Below, in pieces: positions 26,879 through 35,097 of a stretch of DNA of 35,279 bases. This stretch comes from Elusimicrobiota bacterium (GTDB taxonomy: Bacteria > Elusimicrobiota > Elusimicrobia > UBA1565 > JACRDR01). The DNA is taken from assembly GCA_041694815.1 (NCBI GenBank), contig JBGFSC010000011.1:1-35279 (forward strand). The letters are read 5' to 3'. Each line of letters begins with the position of its first letter. The stretch's first letter is position 1. The notes under the pieces were generated by a model. It was not told the origin of the DNA. It worked only from the letters and a program-made list of their open reading frames with translations, and did no database searches. Position numbers and translations under genes: made by a program.

Positions 26879-28962
26879 TTCAGCTCCTCGTCTATTCGCT
26901 GCTGGCGCCGTCCGTCCTCGCCGCCGAGCCCGAGCCCTTCCGCCTTCCGCCCCCGACCACCTCCCAGTTCGTAGAATTCTCCTCCGACCATTTCGAATAC
27001 GACCGGACGAGCTCGACGCTGCACCTGATCGGGCACGCGCGGCTGCACAACGCCACCATGACGATGCGCGCCGACGAGATGTGGATGGACTTGGAGACCC
27101 GGCGCACGAGGGCCGAGGGGCACGTGGAGATCGAGCAGGGTCCTGGTATCCTATTCAGCGATCGGGGCGAATACGATTTCGAAAGCGAGGAGGGGGCGTT
27201 CTGGAAGACGGTGGGCGGCTTCCCCCCCTGGCGCATCTACGGCGCGAAGATGCGGGTGGACTCGAGGCGTACCCTGTATTACCGTAGGGCCCGCTTCACG
27301 AGCTGCGGCATGGGCCTACTGCGCGAGGACGCCAGACGCCTCCCGCATTACCATATGCGGGCCAGCTGGACGCGGGTGCGGCCCGATCATTCCCTATGGG
27401 CCTTCAACGTGTTCTTCTTCCTCCGGCGGCTTCCCATCTTCTACACGCCGGTGCTCTACAAGTCGCTGGCCAAGGAGCACCTATTGCGCACGCGGCTGAC
27501 CCCCGGCTACGCCCATCGCGACGGCGGCTTCGCGAAGACGACCACGATCTTCAACCCGATCCATAATCTCCAGAACGAGGTATTCGTGGACCATTACGGG
27601 CATCTGGGCATCGGGGTCGGCAACCAGCTGCAGTTCAAGGCCTCCGAGATAGACCGGGGCACGCTTTACGCCTACCGCATCAAGGAAAAGTACCCTAGCC
27701 CGGACCCGGGCAAGCCCCCCGCGGAGCGTTGGGTGCTGCTGGGCGACCAGTACCAGACCTTGGTCGGCCCCTACGCGATGCAGCTGCGCCTGCAGGCGCA
27801 GTCGGACCCGGATTTCAACAACCACTATACCCGCTCCAACGCCTTCCGTGTGACGCAGCAGATGGTCAACAACGGCGCGCTGGTCCGCAATGGGACATGG
27901 GGCATTACGCGCCTGAGCTACTCGCGCACCGACGACATGGACTTAATCACGCGCAAGTACAGGAAAACCAGCGAAAGCTCGCCGCGCCTGGAATTCAACT
28001 CGGCCCCCGTGGCGATCCCCAAGGTGAACCTGCTCAATACCTTCAGCCTGTCGGGCTCCAACGACTATAACCCGAGCGACACACTGTTCCACCGCAACGG
28101 CTCCGCCGGCTGGCAGATGACGCAGAACTACATGCTTCGGGGCGTGAGCTTCGTGCCGCTCATCGGGATCACCGAAACCTACATCGACAATGCCGTGCTG
28201 GCCGACCGCTTCGGCCGCAGCCGCCGCTACGTCGACGCCTTCGTGGGCCGCTACAACTTGGGCGGCACGGCGCGCGTGAACAATCCCTTGGGGGCCACCG
28301 ATTTCACCCACGCCTATGTCCGGCGCTTCGTGCCCGACACGCTCATCCCCGACGTGTACGCGGCCGACAAGGGCGTCGAGAGGAACATGTCCACCCTGGC
28401 GCACGCCTTCCGTCCCACGCGCGCGCTTTTCCTACGCACCGAGACGGGCTACGATTTCCGAACCTATTGGGACCGCAGCGTCGGCTTCCGTGACCGCGTG
28501 CAGCCGTTGATCGCCGATTTCAATTTCATCCCGAACAGGAAATTCAACGTCTCCGTCCGCGATAGCTATTCCCTGAATAAGGGCAACGAGAACTTCCTGC
28601 TCCAAGCCGATTTCGGGGACCGGACGGGCAGCTTTTTCGGCGTCGGGGTCTTTCACAGCCTCGGCGACGTACAGCATTATATCCTAAGCCAGGAGATCGG
28701 CTGGCCCTCCACGGGCACCTGGCATGTATTGGGCGCGCTGCGTTCGGACCTCTACAACACCGGCGGCCCGAAATTCTCGCGCTGGTATTTTTTCGAGAAG
28801 GAGATCATCCTCAAGTACAACTTCCACGATTTCAATACCCGCTTCGTATTCCGCCTGCGGCCCAACGACGTGCGGGAGGTCCAGTTCATGTTGACCTTGA
28901 GGCTCGAGGCGACCGACGTGTGGCGGCGCCAGATCTCCACGGACTACGTCGGAGAACGCTAG
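26875..28962 (+). CDS. lptD: LptD-like LPS-assembly outer-membrane protein
   Basis: Signal peptide, OstA-like beta-jellyroll N-domain, then ARFTSC, PHY, PIFYTP and SDPDF, followed by a long aromatic beta-barrel region. Confidence 0.72.
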   Translation: MIQLLVYSLLAPSVLAAEPEPFRLPPPTTSQFVEFSSDHFEYDRTSSTLHLIGHARLHNATMTMRADEMWMDLETRRTRAEGHVEIEQGPGILFSDRGEYDFESEEGAFWKTVGGFPPWRIYGAKMRVDSRRTLYYRRARFTSCGMGLLREDARRLPHYHMRASWTRVRPDHSLWAFNVFFFLRRLPIFYTPVLYKSLAKEHLLRTRLTPGYAHRDGGFAKTTTIFNPIHNLQNEVFVDHYGHLGIGVGNQLQFKASEIDRGTLYAYRIKEKYPSPDPGKPPAERWVLLGDQYQTLVGPYAMQLRLQAQSDPDFNNHYTRSNAFRVTQQMVNNGALVRNGTWGITRLSYSRTDDMDLITRKYRKTSESSPRLEFNSAPVAIPKVNLLNTFSLSGSNDYNPSDTLFHRNGSAGWQMTQNYMLRGVSFVPLIGITETYIDNAVLADRFGRSRRYVDAFVGRYNLGGTARVNNPLGATDFTHAYVRRFVPDTLIPDVYAADKGVERNMSTLAHAFRPTRALFLRTETGYDFRTYWDRSVGFRDRVQPLIADFNFIPNRKFNVSVRDSYSLNKGNENFLLQADFGDRTGSFFGVGVFHSLGDVQHYILSQEIGWPSTGTWHVLGALRSDLYNTGGPKFSRWYFFEKEIILKYNFHDFNTRFVFRLRPNDVREVQFMLTLRLEATDVWRRQISTDYVGER

Positions 28963-28994
28963 GGATTTGTCATGAAAATGCTAAACTTTCGTCC

Positions 28995-30062
28995 ATGAAG
29001 GCGCTCGTACTCTCGGGCGGCAAGGGCACCCGCCTGCGGCCGATCACCCATACCTCCGCCAAGCAGCTCATCCCGGTGGCCAACAAGCCGATTCTGTTCT
29101 ACGGCCTGGAGGCGATCGCCGCGGCGGGCATCAAGGAGGTCGGCATCGTCGTGGGGGATACGCGGGCGGAGATCGAGGCCGCCGTCGGCGACGGGAGCCC
29201 TTGGGGATTTCGGGTGACCTACATTCCCCAGGAAGCTCCCCTCGGCCTGGCCCATGCGGTCAAGATCTCCAAGGAGTTCATGGGGGGCTCGCCGTTCTTG
29301 ATGTTCCTGGGGGACAACCTGCTCAAGGAAGGACTCAACGGTATCGTCGAGGATTTCAAGAAGAACAAGCCCAATGCCCAGATCCTGGTCGCCAAGGTGC
29401 CCAACCCCCAGCAATTCGGCGTCGTGGAGATGAACGGGAGCCGGGTCTTGCGCCTCGTCGAGAAGCCGGCCGAGCCCAAGAGCGACCTGGCCCTGGTGGG
29501 GGTATACCTCTTCGACTCGACGATTTTCGAGGCCATCGACAATATCCGGCCCTCGAGGCGCGGCGAGCTCGAGATCACCGACGCCATCCAATGGCAGGTG
29601 GACCGCCAGCGGCGCGTGACGGTTAAGCATATCGACGGCTGGTGGAAGGATACGGGAAAGCTCGAGGACATGCTCGAGGTCAACCGCCTGGTGCTCGAGT
29701 CGGTCCAGGAAGGCCTGCACCCGACGGCCTCCGTCGACGAGCATTCGAAGCTCGAGGGCCGGGTCGTGCTGGAGGAGGGGGTGCACGTCGTGCACTCCAC
29801 GATCCGGGGGCCCGCGGTGATCGGCAAGGGCAGCCGGATCACCCGCTCCTACGTCGGCCCCTACTCGTCCATCTATTTCAACGTTTCGATCGAAGACAGC
29901 GAGGTGGAGCATTCCATCGTGCTAGAGCACGCCAAGATCCGCAATATCCGCCGCATCCAGGATTCGCTGATCGGCCAGCGCGTCGAGGTGCTTCGCTCGC
30001 ACGGGGTGCCTGCCGCCTACCGCCTCATGGTGGGCGATTCCAGCCGCGTCGAGGTGCCGTGA
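28995..30062 (+). CDS. rfbA: Glucose-1-phosphate thymidylyltransferase (long form)
   Basis: Motifs GGKGTRLRPITHTSAKQL, PLGLAHA, EKP, ELEITD and WWKDTG, plus a left-handed beta-helix tail. ATG at 28995 lies 7 nt after TGCTAAACT. Confidence 0.92.
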   Translation: MKALVLSGGKGTRLRPITHTSAKQLIPVANKPILFYGLEAIAAAGIKEVGIVVGDTRAEIEAAVGDGSPWGFRVTYIPQEAPLGLAHAVKISKEFMGGSPFLMFLGDNLLKEGLNGIVEDFKKNKPNAQILVAKVPNPQQFGVVEMNGSRVLRLVEKPAEPKSDLALVGVYLFDSTIFEAIDNIRPSRRGELEITDAIQWQVDRQRRVTVKHIDGWWKDTGKLEDMLEVNRLVLESVQEGLHPTASVDEHSKLEGRVVLEEGVHVVHSTIRGPAVIGKGSRITRSYVGPYSSIYFNVSIEDSEVEHSIVLEHAKIRNIRRIQDSLIGQRVEVLRSHGVPAAYRLMVGDSSRVEVP

Positions 30063-30063
30063 C

Positions 30064-31047
30064 ATGAACGAAGAAAGGATTTGGTTGGTGACGGGGGGGG
30101 CCGGGTTCATCGGCTCGCATATCGCCGAGGCCTTGGTCCAAGAGGGCAAGCGCGTGCGCATACTGGACAACCTCTCGACGGGGAAAAAGGGGCATATGGC
30201 CTCCTTCGAGAATCGTATCGAGTTCGTCGAAGGCGATATCCGCGACTTGGACGCCTGCCGCAGCGCCATGTCCGACGTGGACTTCGTCATCCACCAGGCC
30301 GCGATCCGCTCGGTGCCCAAATCGGTCGATCGCCCCACCGAGTCGCACGACGCCAACGCGACGGGGACGCTGAACATGCTGGTGGCGGCCCGGGAGGCCA
30401 AGGTGCGCCGCTTCGTCTACGCCTCCTCGAGCTCGGTGTACGGAGACGCCAAGCGTTTTCCCCAAAAGGAGGAATACCGCCCCCAGCCCGTGAGCCCCTA
30501 CGCGGCCTCCAAGCTCTGCGGCGAGCATTACGCGATGCTCTACACCAAGACCATGGGCCTCGAGACGGTTTCCTTGCGCTACTTCAACGTTTTCGGCCCG
30601 CGGCAGGACCCCGAATCCCTGTATTCCGCCGTGATCCCGAAGTTCATGGAGCAGGCGTACCTGGGCCGACCCCTCGAGGTGCATTGGGACGGCAGGCAGA
30701 CGCGGGATTTCACGCATATCCGCAACGTCGTTTCGGCGAATCTCTTGGCCGCCAAGACGCGCAAGGGGATCGGGGAGACCTTCAACATCGCCAACGGCAA
30801 GACCCATTCCTTGCTCGACATCATCAAGGTGATCGAGTCCATCCTGGGGCGCAAGCTCCAGAGGCGCCACACGCCGATGCGCCGAGGCGACGTGCGCAAG
30901 ACCTGGGCGGACATCTCCCGCGCGCGGAGGCTGCTGGGATATAAACCCGTCATGAATTTCGAGCAGGGCCTCAAGGACACCTGGGCCTATTTCGAGCGGC
31001 ATTATTTCAAGGGGCAGCGGCCGTCGGCGCAGCTGAGCGCGGCATAA
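30064..31047 (+). CDS. NAD-dependent nucleotide-sugar epimerase (WbpP/UDP-GlcNAc 4-epimerase-like extended SDR)
   Basis: Motifs TGGAGFIG, ASSSSVYG, YAASK and LRYFNVFGPRQ. Confidence 0.88.
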   Translation: MNEERIWLVTGGAGFIGSHIAEALVQEGKRVRILDNLSTGKKGHMASFENRIEFVEGDIRDLDACRSAMSDVDFVIHQAAIRSVPKSVDRPTESHDANATGTLNMLVAAREAKVRRFVYASSSSVYGDAKRFPQKEEYRPQPVSPYAASKLCGEHYAMLYTKTMGLETVSLRYFNVFGPRQDPESLYSAVIPKFMEQAYLGRPLEVHWDGRQTRDFTHIRNVVSANLLAAKTRKGIGETFNIANGKTHSLLDIIKVIESILGRKLQRRHTPMRRGDVRKTWADISRARRLLGYKPVMNFEQGLKDTWAYFERHYFKGQRPSAQLSAA

Positions 31048-31051
31048 GGCC

Positions 31052-32065
31052 ATGAAACTGCTGGTCACCGGGGGCCTTGGGTTCATCGGCTCCAACTTCA
31101 TCCGCTATTTCCTGAAGCGCTACCCGGACGCCTCGATCGTCAACCTCGACAAGAAGACCTACGCCGGTAATCCCGCCAACCTCGCGGAATTCGCCCGCGA
31201 CCCGCGCTACCGCTGGGTGCGCGCGGATATCGCCGACGCCAAGGCGGTGGATCGGTGCATGAAGGGGGCCTCCGCCGTCGTGCATTTCGCCGCCGAAAGT
31301 CATGTCGACCGCTCGATACTGGACGCCTCAGGCTTCCTTAAGACCAACGTGCTGGGCACACAGGTGCTCTTGGACGCCGCGCTCCGGCATAAGCTGGGGC
31401 GCTTCCTTCACGTGAGCACGGACGAGGTCTACGGCAGCGTGGAGGAGGGGTTCTCGCGCGAGGACGATCCCTTGGAGCCCAACAGCCCGTATGCCGCCTC
31501 CAAGGCCGCCTCCGATCTGCTCGTGCGTTCCTATATCGTCACGCACGGCCTGCCCGCGCTGATCACCCGCGCCTCGAACAATTTCGGCCCTTATCAGTAC
31601 CCGGAGAAGGCCATTCCTCTGCTCATCACCAATCTCATGGAGGATATCCCATTTCCCCTGTACGGGGACGGGCTCAACGTGCGCGACTGGCTCTACGTGC
31701 TCGACCATGCCAAGGCCATCGATGTCGTCTTGAGCCAAGGCAAGATCGGCGAGATCTACAACGTCGGGGGATCCTTTTCCTGCACGAACCGGGAGCTTGT
31801 GACCCGAATCCGCGAGATGATGGAGAAGCCGCCCGAGCTCATCCGCCACGTGGCCGACCGGAAGGGCCACGACCGGCGCTACGCCTTGGACTGCTCCAAG
31901 CTCCGCGCCCTGGGATGGAAGCCCGAGCTCTCCTTCGAGCAGGCCCTGGCCGAGACCATCGACTGGTACCGCGCGCATCGGTCCTGGTGGCGGCCGCTCA
32001 AGCGGGGCGAGGGGTACCGCCGCTATTACCGCAAGCAGTACAGGAGCCGACATGCAATCGCATAA
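31052..32065 (+). CDS. rfbB: dTDP-glucose 4,6-dehydratase
   Basis: Motifs HFAAESHVDRSI, STDEVYG, PYAASK, RDWLYV and DRKGHDRRY. Confidence 0.95.
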   Translation: MKLLVTGGLGFIGSNFIRYFLKRYPDASIVNLDKKTYAGNPANLAEFARDPRYRWVRADIADAKAVDRCMKGASAVVHFAAESHVDRSILDASGFLKTNVLGTQVLLDAALRHKLGRFLHVSTDEVYGSVEEGFSREDDPLEPNSPYAASKAASDLLVRSYIVTHGLPALITRASNNFGPYQYPEKAIPLLITNLMEDIPFPLYGDGLNVRDWLYVLDHAKAIDVVLSQGKIGEIYNVGGSFSCTNRELVTRIREMMEKPPELIRHVADRKGHDRRYALDCSKLRALGWKPELSFEQALAETIDWYRAHRSWWRPLKRGEGYRRYYRKQYRSRHAIA

Positions 32066-32645
32066 TCAGCACGCTCACGCCTCGCGCCCGATGCCCTGGG
32101 GATCGGCGAGCGGATGGATCGAGGTGGTCTGCGGGAGCATGTTCTCGGGCAAGACCCAGGAGCTCATCCGCCGCCTGCGCCTGGCGATGATCGCCAAGCA
32201 GAAGGTGCAGGTGTTCAATTCCTCCCTCGACGTGCGCTACGGCAAGAACCACATCATCTCGCATGACCTCTCGAAGATCGCCTCGCACTCCGCCGCGAAA
32301 TCGAAGGACATCCTGCGGATGGTGGAGTCCGACACCCAGGTGGTGGGCATCGACGAGGTGCAATTTTTCGATCCGGGCATCGTGGCGGTCTGCGAGGTCT
32401 TGGCCGGGCAGGGCCGTCGCGTGATCGCGGCGGGGCTCGACCAGGACTACCGCGGGCAGCCCTTCGCCGTCACCGCCAAGCTCATGGCCATCGCCGAGTT
32501 CGTCAGCAAGAATTTGGCCGTCTGCGTGGTCTGCGGCAATCCCGCCAACCGCACCCAGCGCCTCACCCACACCAAGAAGCGCATCGAGGTCGGCGCGGGC
32601 AGCAAGTACGAGGCGCGCTGCCGCCGCTGCTTCAGTATCGTCTAG
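32052..32645 (+). CDS. tdk: Thymidine kinase
   Basis: Motifs GSMFSGKT, IDEVQF and AGLDQDY; Zn site CVVC...CRRC. Confidence 0.95.
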   Translation: MQSHNQHAHASRPMPWGSASGWIEVVCGSMFSGKTQELIRRLRLAMIAKQKVQVFNSSLDVRYGKNHIISHDLSKIASHSAAKSKDILRMVESDTQVVGIDEVQFFDPGIVAVCEVLAGQGRRVIAAGLDQDYRGQPFAVTAKLMAIAEFVSKNLAVCVVCGNPANRTQRLTHTKKRIEVGAGSKYEARCRRCFSIV

Positions 32646-33842
32646 TTACCAGAGTTTAAAGACTTCGTCGGCCGATTCTTTGCGAGGGCCCCCAGATGGC
32701 TCGACAGCCGGTTTCTCGCCTATTTGTCTAGATAATCGACCATAGGCCGCTTGGGCTTCCTCGGCCGACACGTCGGGTGACCAGTAACCGGTGAGTTTGT
32801 CTTCCCGCCATTTTCTCGCGGTGCCGTCGTCGGCGAGAGTGATCATCTTCGTGGCGTCCTGGTTGAAGGAGACTCCGGTGACAGGTCCTTGATGGCCTCG
32901 CAGCGTATCGAGTTTTCTTCCCGACCGCGCGTCCCAGACCGCCACCGTCGGTCCTGAGCGGTCCCAGCGCGTAATTCCGATTTTTGAGGCGTCCGGGCTG
33001 AAGGCCACGCATTGAAGGGGAAAGAGATGATCGTCGGTTTGCTCCAGGGTGGCGACTCTCTCCCACCTCCGCGTATCCCAAACCGTATATACTTGGGATA
33101 CTATTCCGCTATGTAGCAGCACCCTAGAACCATCCGGACTGAATCTAGCGACGTTGAGGCGGTAATTTTCGAGAGGAGTTTCCTGGATGAGCTCTAGAAC
33201 CTTCCCTCGCTCGACGGCGTAAATCCTAACGACGCTTATCGCCCTCTTGTTGACCACCCAGAATAGGCGGGAGCCATCGGCATTGAGGGCGGCTCCGACC
33301 GCGGGAGCCCTTTTTTTCAATAGGACTTTGCCTTTTCCCGATTCGAGGTCCCAGGCTTTGACCCTCGGATTGCGAGCATTCCATACAGGAGCTGCGTAAA
33401 CCGTCAGGCCATCGGCCGCCGGAGCGGCGGCGTCCTCCATTCTAATCTTGAAGTTTCCGAGCAAGTTCCGGCTCTGCGTGTCCCAAACGGAGAAATCGTT
33501 GAGTCCCCAGGCGATCAGCGTGCGGTCATCCGCGCTGAGCAATGCGTCGCGTATATATCCTTGAGGGTGTTTGAAAGAATCTATTTTTTCGCCCGTTCCA
33601 GCGTCCCAGATTGCCGCTTCGCCGGCCATGTCTCCCGTGATAATCCGAGTCCCGTCCCAGCTATAACGGATGGAGGTCAAATTGGTCTTTTTTAATATGA
33701 CTCCAAGCTCCAAAAGCTCTTTCTGCGCTTGTTCCAGTAAGCCGCTCTTCGGGAGACCGCCGGCAACGCCCGGTGCAGCCGCGTTGCCTGTCCGTGCGAT
33801 AAGAATCGCCAAGACCAGGGCGGAGCAGGCCATTCGAGGCAT
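32646..33842 (-). CDS. Secreted WD40-repeat (beta-propeller) protein
   Basis: Signal-like N-terminus and repeated ...WD units, e.g. GHQGPVTGVSFNQD...DGTARKW. Confidence 0.85.
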   Translation of the reverse strand: MPRMACSALVLAILIARTGNAAAPGVAGGLPKSGLLEQAQKELLELGVILKKTNLTSIRYSWDGTRIITGDMAGEAAIWDAGTGEKIDSFKHPQGYIRDALLSADDRTLIAWGLNDFSVWDTQSRNLLGNFKIRMEDAAAPAADGLTVYAAPVWNARNPRVKAWDLESGKGKVLLKKRAPAVGAALNADGSRLFWVVNKRAISVVRIYAVERGKVLELIQETPLENYRLNVARFSPDGSRVLLHSGIVSQVYTVWDTRRWERVATLEQTDDHLFPLQCVAFSPDASKIGITRWDRSGPTVAVWDARSGRKLDTLRGHQGPVTGVSFNQDATKMITLADDGTARKWREDKLTGYWSPDVSAEEAQAAYGRLSRQIGEKPAVEPSGGPRKESADEVFKLW

Positions 33843-33848
33843 GTTTTA

Positions 33849-33913
33849 AGTATATAAGGCGTCAATGAAATGGGTCGAGGGTCCAAAGGCCTAAATGCCG
33901 GGCCTTTGGGCCT
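33849..33913 (-). promoter_or_regulatory. Box-type promoter D (two boxes)
   Basis: Minus strand: AGGCC-CAAA-GGCCC (33913->33900), AGGCC-TTTG-GACCC (33892->33879), 24 nt, TATACT (33854->33849), 6 nt, ATG at 33842. Confidence 0.72.
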
Positions 33914-33935
33914 ACATGGGCAGCAGGATCGGCTC

Positions 33936-33970
33936 TTGACGAATGCGCAATATCTGATATACTGAATATC
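33936..33970 (+). promoter_or_regulatory. Promoter and likely autoregulatory operator of TA pair 1
   Basis: TTGACG (33936-33941), 16-nt spacer, TATACT (33958-33963) with extended TG. Inverted repeat GATAT-ACTGA-ATATC (33956-33970) overlaps the -10. Confidence 0.6.
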
Positions 33971-33974
33971 GTAT

Positions 33975-34247
33975 ATGGCTCTCCGCCGCCTCAATTCACG
34001 ACATCAAATCACGATCCCTCCCGGGCTTCTTCGTGAGGCTGGCGCGCCGGAAGGCGGCCTCTATTCGATCCGTGCCGAGCCAGGACGCATCATCCTTGAG
34101 CCCAAGGAATTGCAGGATAAGGAGTTCGAGGAAACCGACTGGCGCGCCTTGGACCGGCTGGTGAAGCGGCAGCTTAAAGATCGCCGATTCACGGAATACC
34201 CCTCCCCGGAGGCCGCGAAGGTTCATTTCAAGCGACTGGGACTGTGA
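33975..34247 (+). CDS. AbrB/MazE/SpoVT-fold antitoxin
   Basis: RLNSRHQITIP...LR...G...G...IILEP swapped-hairpin pattern with an acidic segment; overlaps the toxin start (GTGA). Confidence 0.8.
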   Translation: MALRRLNSRHQITIPPGLLREAGAPEGGLYSIRAEPGRIILEPKELQDKEFEETDWRALDRLVKRQLKDRRFTEYPSPEAAKVHFKRLGL

Positions 34248-34519
34248 TCCTGGTCCGCTATCTCCATTCCTTCGACAAGTCATTGCTCCCGTTGCGTCCC
34301 GGCGATCGAGCCCAAGTCAAGGCGGCCGTGCAACGCTTGCTCGAGTATTTCGGCGGCCGGCCGAAGCCCATCGGTCTTGGCCTTCGAAAATTGAGGCGGC
34401 CCTACTGGGAGATCCGAGCCTCCTTGGATCAGCGCGTTCTCTTCATGCTCGAAGGGGATATTGCGAGCTTCGTGGTCGTGGGCAGCCATGACGGGATTAA
34501 GCGTTTCTTGAAGCGTTGA
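34244..34519 (+). CDS. RelE/ParE-superfamily toxin
   Basis: Basic 91-aa protein with F.KS, LRKL, WEIR, RVLF and VGSHD patterns. Confidence 0.72.
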   Translation: MILVRYLHSFDKSLLPLRPGDRAQVKAAVQRLLEYFGGRPKPIGLGLRKLRRPYWEIRASLDQRVLFMLEGDIASFVVVGSHDGIKRFLKR

Positions 34520-34603
34520 TCGCCTCATGTTGTGGTGCACGGACGGGGCCGCCCTTTGGGGTTCTCTGTCGACGTTAAAACGTTATGAGGTTAAAATGTG
34601 CAT

Positions 34604-34840
34604 ATGAAAAAACAAAAGCGCCTACCGACCACGGTTTATCTTAGTCCAGGGCTCGCTCGGGCCGCCAAGGTCAAGGCCGCCCTAACGGGCGAAAGCCTCT
34701 CCGACATGGTCAACGACGCGCTAGCCGATAGGCTTAAAGAGGACGAGGAAGATCTAAGAATCATCCGCGAAAGAAAAAAGCAGCCTTCCCGGCGCTACGA
34801 GGATTTCTTGAAGGACTTAAAGCGGGATGGGCTTATTTGA
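34604..34840 (+). CDS. Ribbon-helix-helix (CopG-like) antitoxin
   Basis: TTVYL...L..A.KVKAA....SLS..VN.AL...L.ED.EDL pattern. TCGACG-17-TAAAAT promoter lies 6 nt before ATG 34604. Confidence 0.8.
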   Translation: MKKQKRLPTTVYLSPGLARAAKVKAALTGESLSDMVNDALADRLKEDEEDLRIIRERKKQPSRRYEDFLKDLKRDGLI

Positions 34841-35066
34841 GCTGCGGATCAGCAAATTGGCCGAGACCGATTTACTTGAGATCCCCTTTCCTTTCCGCCG
34901 GCGGATCAATCAGCGCATCTTGCGGTTGAGGCGCGACCCGTTCCCTCCTGGCGTCCACCGTTACGATGAACTCGGCTTCTGCGTTTTAGAAGCCCATGGT
35001 CGGCGCATCGTCTATGCAGTCGATGAAGATGTGGGCTGCGTCACTTTATATCGCATTCGTCGATAA
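34827..35066 (+). CDS. RelE/ParE-like toxin, possibly degenerate
   Basis: A..DL..IP, I..L..DP.P.G and RIVY.VD patterns; overlaps the antitoxin by 14 bp. Confidence 0.68.
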   Translation: MGLFELRISKLAETDLLEIPFPFRRRINQRILRLRRDPFPPGVHRYDELGFCVLEAHGRRIVYAVDEDVGCVTLYRIRR

Positions 35067-35097
35067 CAATCCTTGCTGGCATGGCCGCTAGCATCAG

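Noticed and set aside
1023..33081. Numerous long alternative-frame and antisense ORFs in the track (e.g. 4921-5736, 20855-21967, 23677-24597, 28959-29912, 30025-31101)
   Set aside because: They are shadow ORFs of GC-rich genes. They overlap well-identified CDSs and have Arg/Pro/Gly-rich, motif-free translations.
34542..34570. Box-like CGCCC-TTTG-GGGTT upstream of TA pair 2
   Set aside because: It is a poor match, lies 28 nt rather than 23-24 nt from the -10, and this promoter has its own -35. It is more likely part of a hairpin ending TA pair 1.
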